Shown in pieces: positions 21,239 to 27,550 of a stretch of DNA of 40,571 bases (positions within the stretch are counted from its first letter, which is position 1; every line of letters starts with the position of its first letter). The stretch spans positions 1 to 40,571 of the forward strand of contig WLNQ01000002.1 of NCBI GenBank assembly GCA_009699705.1. The letters run 5' to 3'. The position numbers and the translations under genes were made by a program. This stretch comes from Actinomycetota bacterium. Its GTDB lineage: Bacteria; Actinomycetota; Actinomycetes; S36-B12. The notes under the pieces were generated by a model. The model saw only the letters and a program-made list of their open reading frames with translations. It was not told the DNA's origin and made no database searches.

Positions 21239-21972
21239 GCCTGCATCACCTGCGCTAGAGGAGTCAGATCATCGACACGACGTTGCTCATGGAAGGCAAG
21301 AATTTGTAGTTCAACGGCAAGATCGACTTTTCTTACTTCGACACCTACCGGAACAGACAGGACTGTTGGAGCAAAATTCAAAATACTTCGAACGCCCGCG
21401 GCAACAAGCCGATCACAGACTTTTTGCGCGGCATCCGCTGGTGTCGCAATCACAGCAATACTCGCGTTGGAGGAACTGACCACTTTCTCAAGCTCCGCCA
21501 TAGGTTGAACAACAAGGTCGGTCTCGCCTGCGCAAACTTTCTCGCCGACAACATCAGGATGCGAATCAAGTAACCCGACAATTTCAAACCCGCGAGAAGC
21601 AAAACCTTTATATGACACCAAGGCGTGCCCGAGATTTCCCACACCCACGATCACAACGCCCCAAGGCTGACTTAAGCCAAGCTCGCGACTGATGTGGTAA
21701 CTCAAGAAATCCACTTCGTAGCCCACTCCACGGGTTCCATAGGAACCAAGGTGTGACAAGTCTTTGCGTAACTTTGCTGGGCTCACTCCGCACCTTTGAG
21801 CAAGATGATCGGAGGAAATTGTGTGCACTGCGTCGTCAGCCAGTGAGCGTAAAACCCGGTGATATATGGGTAGGCGCGCCACGGTGGCATCAGGGATACC
21901 GCGCCCATCGTCGCGTATGCGACTCGAGCTAAGTTGGCGGGACAACGGCACGGTGCTCCAGGGTTGTTTCAC
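21235..21972 (-). CDS. rex: Redox-sensing transcriptional repressor Rex
   Basis: The ORF contains IPDATVARLPIYHRVLRSL ... KLRKDLSHLGSYGTRGVGYEV ... VVIVGVGNLGHAL ... SILNFAPT, closely matching actinobacterial Rex. The start is uncertain: either the GTG at 21972 or the in-frame GTG at 21951, which has GGAG upstream. Confidence 0.93.
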   Translation of the reverse strand: MKQPWSTVPLSRQLSSSRIRDDGRGIPDATVARLPIYHRVLRSLADDAVHTISSDHLAQRCGVSPAKLRKDLSHLGSYGTRGVGYEVDFLSYHISRELGLSQPWGVVIVGVGNLGHALVSYKGFASRGFEIVGLLDSHPDVVGEKVCAGETDLVVQPMAELEKVVSSSNASIAVIATPADAAQKVCDRLVAAGVRSILNFAPTVLSVPVGVEVRKVDLAVELQILAFHEQRRVDDLTPLAQVMQA

Positions 21973-22044
21973 TGGGCGCTGGTATCGGGAGATACCGCGG
22001 GAAGACCTAGTGAACGCGGCCCTTGAACTACTGACCGCCTGCTA

Positions 22045-22073
22045 AGGGTAAGCATTTGTGCCTTCGTGCACAA
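22045..22073 (-). promoter_or_regulatory. Rex operator overlapping a putative rex promoter
   Basis: The palindrome TTGTGCCTTCGTGCACAA (22056-22073) matches TTGTGAA-N4-TTCACAA at 11 of 14 positions and is nearly self-complementary. Read on the minus strand, TTGTGC (a -35-like hexamer), a 17-nt spacer and TACCCT (-10-like, 22045-22050) follow in order. It lies ~84 nt upstream of rex. Confidence 0.65.
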
Positions 22074-22096
22074 AGTTGATCGGACGCTTGCGTCCG

Positions 22097-22348
22097 TTAT
22101 TCGGACAAGGCCCCTCGTAGCCGCTCTGGATCGATCCGCCAGAACTCAATAATTTTTTCGTCCACCAGCACCACTGGAATCCGCTCCCAGTATTGGTCAT
22201 AGAGGGCCGGGTCATCCAAAATCGAAAGTTCCACCCACGTGAACCCCAATTCAGCGCAGACCATCTCCACAACCCGCCGAGCGTCTTGGCATAGGTGGCA
22301 GTCGGGCTTACCAATGAGCTGAACGCGACTGATCGGTATTTGGCTCAC
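22097..22348 (-). CDS. Glutaredoxin-like protein (DUF836/Rv0508-like)
   Basis: The ORF is open to 22453, but that extension would overlap the divergent HAD gene. The GTG at 22348-22346 gives VSQIPISRVQLIGKPDCHLCQDA with a CxxC motif near the N-terminus, as in this family. TAGTCT lies 7 nt upstream of that GTG. Confidence 0.75.
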   Translation of the reverse strand: MSQIPISRVQLIGKPDCHLCQDARRVVEMVCAELGFTWVELSILDDPALYDQYWERIPVVLVDEKIIEFWRIDPERLRGALSE

Positions 22349-22355
22349 ACGAGGC

Positions 22356-22365
22356 AGACTACGCT
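22356..22365. promoter_or_regulatory. Overlapping divergent -10 elements (glutaredoxin-like gene and HAD hydrolase gene)
   Basis: On the minus strand, TAGTCT (22356-22361) lies 7 nt upstream of the GTG at 22348. On the plus strand, TACGCT (22360-22365) lies 6 nt upstream of the ATG at 22372. The two hexamers share 2 bp, and the whole gap is 23 bp. Confidence 0.5.
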
Positions 22366-22371
22366 CCACAG

Positions 22372-23232
22372 ATGGCAAAAGATGTTGATGGTGCCCGAAT
22401 TGCCGGGTTAGCCGCTGCTGCTGCAGCGCAGTTGCCGATGGAATTCGACCCAAAAAGTGCAGCTGCTTTCTTTGACGTTGATAACACCATCATGCGCGGC
22501 TCAAGTTTGTTCCATGTGGCAATCGGGATGGCCCGCCGTAATTTCTTCACTCCGCGCGAGGTTGCCGCCTTCGCAATGGCCCAGGCGCGCTTTCTCTTGC
22601 GCGGTACCGAAAATCCAGACGATGTAGCCCTTGCAACCGAATCTGCCCTGGCCTTTGTCAAAGGCCGACGAGTAGACGACATCATTGCCTTCGGCGAAGA
22701 AATTTTTGACGACTCAATGGTCGACAAACTCGTACCCGGCACCTTGGTTTTAGCGCAAGGCCACGTTGATGCAGGTCGCCAAGTCTGGCTGGTGACGGCG
22801 ACACCAATCGAATTAGCTCAGGTGATTGCGAAGCGACTAGATCTCACAGGGGCTCTTGGCACTGTTTCCGAAATCGACGATAACTGTTACACCGGAAAGC
22901 TTGTTGGCGCACCTCTCCACGGTCAAGCAAAAGCCGAGGCGGTGCGTGCGCTGGCGGAACGCGAAGGCCTGGACCTCGAACAATGTTGGGCTTACTCGGA
23001 TTCAGCAAACGACATCCCGATGTTGAGTGATGTTGGCCATCCCGTTTGCGTCAATCCCGATCCGAAGTTACGCGCACATGCGATGGAGCATGATTGGCCT
23101 ATAGAAGATTTCCGCGCTCGCGCTCATCTGCGAAAAATGGCTTCGCCGACTGCGATAGCAACTGCCGGAGTACTCGCTGCCGGGCTTGCCGTAGGGCTCG
23201 TTGCGTCACGGCTAAGAAAAACCGGCGCATAA
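22372..23232 (+). CDS. HAD-IB family hydrolase (SerB-like phosphatase)
   Basis: 286-aa ORF with the HAD motifs FFDVDNTIM (DxDxT) and YSDSANDIPML, plus a C-terminal hydrophobic tail. It occupies the position of Rv0505c (serB1) in M. tuberculosis gene order (from memory). Confidence 0.82.
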   Translation: MAKDVDGARIAGLAAAAAAQLPMEFDPKSAAAFFDVDNTIMRGSSLFHVAIGMARRNFFTPREVAAFAMAQARFLLRGTENPDDVALATESALAFVKGRRVDDIIAFGEEIFDDSMVDKLVPGTLVLAQGHVDAGRQVWLVTATPIELAQVIAKRLDLTGALGTVSEIDDNCYTGKLVGAPLHGQAKAEAVRALAEREGLDLEQCWAYSDSANDIPMLSDVGHPVCVNPDPKLRAHAMEHDWPIEDFRARAHLRKMASPTAIATAGVLAAGLAVGLVASRLRKTGA

Positions 23233-23238
23233 CACTTA

Positions 23239-24162
23239 CTAAAATATATTATTTCGCTGAACCAACCGACTAATGAGCATCTGCTGAATTCGCTCTCGCA
23301 CTAAGTCCGTCAGTTCAAACACGATCTCTGGATCATCTGCTGCATCGGGTCCATATTGCGTCGTGGGAATAGGTTCCCCGAATTCGATTGTCCACTTGCT
23401 CGGCAGCGGGATCATCCCTAATGGCCCAAGCCACGGAAACGTCGGAGTGATCGGGAAATACGGCAGGTTCAGGAGTTTGGCCACACTCTTCGCGTCACCA
23501 ATGATCGGATAGATCTCTTCCGATCCAACAATCGCAGTTGGAATCAACGGTGCACCCGTGCGTAAAGCAACGGAGACAAAGCCGCCACGGCCAAACCTTT
23601 GTAATTGGTAACGCTTATAAAACGGCTTTCCAACTCCTTTGAAACCTTCTGGCCACACTCCTACGATTTCACCTGAAGAAAGTAAGCGCTCAGCATTTGG
23701 TACGCAAGCCCGCACATGGCCAGCGCGACGAGCCGCCTCGCCTAACAGTGGGATTTTGAATACAAGATCTGCCGCCAACATGCGCATGAATCGATGTTGC
23801 GCATGCTCATCGTGGATAGCCACCTGGGTCATCACTGCGTCAACGGCAATCGCACCCGCATGATTTGCCACGACAAGGCCAGCACCAACCGCGGGAATGT
23901 TTTCAATACCAACGGTGTGAACTCGAAACCAAGCACGGTAAATGGGCCGAATAATCGGCAACAGGATTGTTTCTGTGAATTCTGGGTCAAAACCGAAGTC
24001 GTCCACCGAACCCGAAGCGGTCAACGTTGATTGCAGCACCTCAACGAGGTGCTGCAACACGTCAACGGCTTCGCGGCCGGGAATTCTTGAATCTTGATGA
24101 ACACGTACAGCCTGAGGTCCGGTGTTTCCTGCAGCACGAGCTGCACTGGACGCAGTGACCAT
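23239..24162 (-). CDS. Lysophospholipid/glycerol-3-phosphate acyltransferase family protein
   Basis: 307-aa ORF with acyltransferase blocks VVANHAG ... and VWPEGFKG ... PLIPTAIVG. It resembles Rv0502 in position and architecture. Confidence 0.8.
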   Translation of the reverse strand: MVTASSAARAAGNTGPQAVRVHQDSRIPGREAVDVLQHLVEVLQSTLTASGSVDDFGFDPEFTETILLPIIRPIYRAWFRVHTVGIENIPAVGAGLVVANHAGAIAVDAVMTQVAIHDEHAQHRFMRMLAADLVFKIPLLGEAARRAGHVRACVPNAERLLSSGEIVGVWPEGFKGVGKPFYKRYQLQRFGRGGFVSVALRTGAPLIPTAIVGSEEIYPIIGDAKSVAKLLNLPYFPITPTFPWLGPLGMIPLPSKWTIEFGEPIPTTQYGPDAADDPEIVFELTDLVRERIQQMLISRLVQRNNIF

Positions 24163-24177
24163 GGCTGCGAAGTTTCT

Positions 24178-24279
24178 CTACTTCTTCTTGTTACGGCGCT
24201 GCACTCGAGTACGGCGAAGCAACTTCTTATGCTTCTTCTTCGCCATACGCTTGCGACGTTTCTTGATAACTGAACCCAT
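24178..24279 (-). CDS. 30S ribosomal protein bS22 (33 aa, actinobacterial)
   Basis: My own translation of the minus strand gives [33 protein letters not shown] followed by a stop, the highly basic bS22 (Rv0500B-type) sequence. GAGG lies ~9 nt upstream of the ATG. It sits next to the small HTH gene, as in other actinobacteria, and is below the 60-aa ORF-track cutoff. Confidence 0.9.
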   Translation of the reverse strand: MGSVIKKRRKRMAKKKHKKLLRRTRVQRRNKKK

Positions 24280-24389
24280 TGAAGGAACCTCACGTTTATT
24301 GCTGACAGGTGAAATTCACCCATGATTTGGAGACTTGAGCCTATCGCGGCCCAAACTTTGCCAAGCGGCTGGCTTGGTCAGGGGTGCGC

Positions 24390-24596
24390 TTACGCGGTTT
24401 CTACGAACGAATCGCGAAGATAGTCATGAACGGCTTGCTCAGGAACGCGAAATGAACGACCAACCCGAACCGCGGTCAATTCACCATGGTGAACCAATCG
24501 GTACACGGTCATCTTCGACACACGCATGAGCGCAGCTACTTCAGCAACGGTAAGAAACCGGACCTCGCTGAGCGAGCGGTCTGTGCTTGTCGACAT
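24390..24596 (-). CDS. Small helix-turn-helix DNA-binding protein (excisionase/MerR-type, Rv0500A-like)
   Basis: The ORF is open to 24656. The internal ATG at 24596 gives the 68-aa protein MSTSTDRSLSEVRFLTVAEVAALMRVSKMTVYRLVHHGELTAVRVGRSFRVPEQAVHDYL, the size and sequence pattern typical of this conserved family. Confidence 0.85.
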   Translation of the reverse strand: MSTSTDRSLSEVRFLTVAEVAALMRVSKMTVYRLVHHGELTAVRVGRSFRVPEQAVHDYLRDSFVETA

Positions 24597-24720
24597 TCCA
24601 CACCAAACTTCCTGCCATGCAATCGCACCGGCATCCCGGTGACCGACGACTTGCATTGCGAAACGGCAATCTAGTGCCCTGAGCGCCTATTGCAAAGGCG
24701 GTGGGGATGACTGAGCTGCT

Positions 24721-25917
24721 CTAGAACCACTCTGCAGGCTCAACTATGAGGCCCCAGGCCGGAAAAATTGTCCGGCGGGTGGCCATCACTGCTTGGTCTA
24801 GATGGTCATCTGGGTCATATCCGCTGTCAAAAGGGCGGGCCCAAGGAGTGTGGCCGTCCGTCATCGACTTTGGGCTGATCTGCCCAAGTTCGGACTCAAC
24901 AAAGGCAAGGTAGTCGGCAGGCAATTGTGTTTCCGGATCAATGGGATGCCCAGTGATTTCCGCCATGAGGTGGGTCCATGCTCGCGCGACAACTTCCACC
25001 CAGGCATATCCGCCACCTCCAACAGCCAGCCACTTTCCATCGGCGTACTTGTGCGCCCAGCGGTGAACCAGATCATAAGAACTTCGTTGACCGTCGATAC
25101 TCATCGTCAGATGCGCGAGTGGGTCTTGCAGGTGCGCATCGGCGCCATTTTGAGTCACCAAGATTTGTGGGTCGAAGGCTTCCAAAATGTCAGGGACGAT
25201 CGCGGAGAAAGCGCGCAACCATCCTTGATCGCCGGTGCCAGCAGGTAGGGCCACGTTAATGGCCGAGGCTGGAGCGTTGGGCCCGCCACTCTCTTGCGGG
25301 TACCCACTTCCAGGAAAAAGAGTTTTTGGGCTTTCATGCAAAGAGATCGTGACCACTCGTGGGTCGTCCCAGAACATTGCCTGAACTCCATCACCGTGAT
25401 GCACATCAAGGTCGAGGTAGGCGATGCGTTCGTAACCTTGATCAAGGAGCCATTGAATACCAACAGCAATGTCGTTGTACACGCAAAAACCTTCAGCGGC
25501 TGCCGGCATTGCATGGTGCAGTCCGCCAGCCAGACTCACGACATGGTCAAACTCGCCTGATTGCAAGGCTTTCGCTGCAGCCAAGGTTGCGCCACATACT
25601 CGCGCTGACTCTTCATGCATGTTCACGAACACCGGAACATCTGCTGAACCAAGGCCATGCAAGGGATCAACTGTTGAAGGATCGCTTGACGCCGCGATAA
25701 CAGCGTTGATGTAATCCGGGCGGTGCACTCGTTCGAGGTCTTCTCGCGATGCTGGAACGACAGGACTTAACACAACCACGTTTTCGTGTTCGAATAACTT
25801 AAATGCGGCGCTGAGTTTCATCGCGAGCTGAGTGCGAATTGGCGCTAGCGGATGACCCGGCCCAAAGTCGTATCCCTTGAGTTTGTCATCCCACACCACG
25901 CCAACGCGATCGCTCAT
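24721..25917 (-). CDS. acuC: Histone deacetylase-family protein (AcuC-type acetoin utilisation / protein deacetylase)
   Basis: 398-aa ORF with catalytic motifs GGLHHAMP, DLDVHHGDGVQ and the HESP loop. Its start forms an ATGA overlap with the proC stop. Confidence 0.88.
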   Translation of the reverse strand: MSDRVGVVWDDKLKGYDFGPGHPLAPIRTQLAMKLSAAFKLFEHENVVVLSPVVPASREDLERVHRPDYINAVIAASSDPSTVDPLHGLGSADVPVFVNMHEESARVCGATLAAAKALQSGEFDHVVSLAGGLHHAMPAAAEGFCVYNDIAVGIQWLLDQGYERIAYLDLDVHHGDGVQAMFWDDPRVVTISLHESPKTLFPGSGYPQESGGPNAPASAINVALPAGTGDQGWLRAFSAIVPDILEAFDPQILVTQNGADAHLQDPLAHLTMSIDGQRSSYDLVHRWAHKYADGKWLAVGGGGYAWVEVVARAWTHLMAEITGHPIDPETQLPADYLAFVESELGQISPKSMTDGHTPWARPFDSGYDPDDHLDQAVMATRRTIFPAWGLIVEPAEWF

Positions 25918-26708
25918 GACGCTGACAATTGAGCACTACGGTCACGCGCAGAAATCATTCCCGCAACAATAGCCTCGCGGACCCCGAGCTCATCGAAAGT
26001 TTCAATCGCTGCTGCTGTAGTTCCATTAGGCGAGGTGACATTCGTGCGCAACTCAACTGGCGATTGTGCAGACGCTGCAAGGAGTTCTGCTGACCCAAGA
26101 ATGGTCTGAACTACCGCGGTCCGAGCGTCGGCTGGCGACAAACCTGACTGCTGGGCGCCCAACATCATGGCTTCAGCGAGGTAGAAAACATAAGCCGGGC
26201 CACTGCCCGAAGTGGCTGTGATTGCATCTTGTTGTGACTCTGGAATCTCTAGTACGGTGCCGACTGCACGTAAAAGTTCAACCGCCTGAGCAAATTGCTC
26301 TGGGCCGCATGAGATCCCGGCACTCATACCGATTACTCCCTGCTGGATTTTCGCGGGCGTGTTTGGCATCGCGCGAACCACTGCCGCCTGAGGAACCAAT
26401 GCTTCAATCGTGGTGGTGGGCACGCCAGCCGCAATCGAGATGATCAAGGCACCTACCGGCACGGCGTCAGCAATTTCGATGAGTACAGCCCGCATGTCTT
26501 GCGGCTTTACTACTGCAATGACCACCGCAGCGTCTAGGACAGCTGCTTGGGCATCTGCACTGGCAATGTGATGTCGTTCAACGAGTTCCTGTGCTCGATC
26601 CTCGCGCTTTTCCACCACAACGATGCTTGGTTTTGGATCTAATTGGAGCAGGCCAGCGATCAAGGCTTCACCCATAACGCCCCCGCCGAGAACAGCTATG
26701 TGAGTCAT
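25914..26708 (-). CDS. proC: Pyrroline-5-carboxylate reductase
   Basis: The ORF is open to 26729. The ATG at 26708 (MTHIAVLGGGVMGEA Rossmann motif) has GAAAGG 7 nt upstream. The C-terminal signature VTSPNGTTAAAI is present. Confidence 0.92.
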   Translation of the reverse strand: MTHIAVLGGGVMGEALIAGLLQLDPKPSIVVVEKREDRAQELVERHHIASADAQAAVLDAAVVIAVVKPQDMRAVLIEIADAVPVGALIISIAAGVPTTTIEALVPQAAVVRAMPNTPAKIQQGVIGMSAGISCGPEQFAQAVELLRAVGTVLEIPESQQDAITATSGSGPAYVFYLAEAMMLGAQQSGLSPADARTAVVQTILGSAELLAASAQSPVELRTNVTSPNGTTAAAIETFDELGVREAIVAGMISARDRSAQLSAS

Positions 26709-26751
26709 CGCAGCCTTTCTACGCCGCACGTCACTCGACCCGGCAGTAGTC

Positions 26752-27543
26752 CTAGCCTGCCATGGGTGAGCTGTGAGTGCGGGTGAAGGTCAATGCTTCG
26801 GCGAGGTCGGCCATTCGCTCCTGCCTCGTTTGTGCTGACCGAGTGTTGACTTCCACAATCAGATTGCCGATGAATCCCGCACTGGCTAGGTGCGCAAGCA
26901 CCTGCGCAACTGGCTGAGTGCCTCGCCCCGGAACGAGGTGCTCATCTTTGGCCGAGCCTCGGCCATCGGCCAAGTGCATGTGAGCTACGCGATTGCCAAG
27001 GCTGCGCACTAAATCAAGCGCGTCGGTCTGCGAAACTGAAGTGTGCGAGAGATCCACCGTGGTGTTGGCATATTCCTCGTCACGGATATCCCAGCTCGGT
27101 GCGTAAGCCGTGATTTCTTGGGAGAGCGCCCGCCAAGGAAACATATTTTCAACAGCAAAGACGATGTCTGTTTCATCGTTCATCCGGGCCAGGCCAGTGA
27201 CGAACTCTTGGGCATAATTTCGTTGCCACCGAAAAGGTGGATGCACTACAACAGTTCGAGCACCAAGGGCTTGCGCCGTGGCCTGGGCCCGTTGGAGCTT
27301 GCCCCAAGGGTCAGTCCCCCAAACCCGCTGCGTAACCAGCAAACAAGGCGAATGAATGGAAAGAACAGGGACTTGATACTCCTGCACAAGCTCATTGAGA
27401 AGGTAGGAATCTTGACTGGCTGTATCGGTGCCAACCATCACCTCGACGCCGTCGTAACCAAGTTCCGCGGCTATCGCGAATGCAGCCTGCGTTGACTCGG
27501 GGAAAACCGAGGAGCTTGAGAGCCCCACCAGCGGCACTGTCAT
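26752..27543 (-). CDS. Sugar phosphate isomerase/epimerase (xylose isomerase-like TIM barrel, Rv0498-like)
   Basis: The ORF is open to 27621. The ATG at 27543 ([12 protein letters not shown]) avoids a 71-nt overlap with the upstream ATPase gene. The protein shows the AP-endonuclease-2/TIM-barrel pattern (GYDGVEV ... VVHPP ... ENM ... DLSH ... HLADG). Confidence 0.72.
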   Translation of the reverse strand: MTVPLVGLSSSSVFPESTQAAFAIAAELGYDGVEVMVGTDTASQDSYLLNELVQEYQVPVLSIHSPCLLVTQRVWGTDPWGKLQRAQATAQALGARTVVVHPPFRWQRNYAQEFVTGLARMNDETDIVFAVENMFPWRALSQEITAYAPSWDIRDEEYANTTVDLSHTSVSQTDALDLVRSLGNRVAHMHLADGRGSAKDEHLVPGRGTQPVAQVLAHLASAGFIGNLIVEVNTRSAQTRQERMADLAEALTFTRTHSSPMAG

Positions 27544-27550
27544 GGTGCTG

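Noticed and set aside
23239-23256. An AT-rich patch (CTAAAATATATTATTTCG) that stands out against the local composition and could look like an insertion scar or terminator.
   Set aside because: It is simply the last codons (Q-R-N-N-I-F-stop) of the acyltransferase gene. No inverted repeat or flanking duplication is present.
24021-24325. A 100-aa minus-strand ORF and a 67-aa plus-strand ORF spanning the bS22 region.
   Set aside because: They are frame-shifted or mirror readings of the Lys/Arg-rich bS22 gene and of the acyltransferase 5' end. The 33-aa bS22 frame is the one with a recognisable conserved product.
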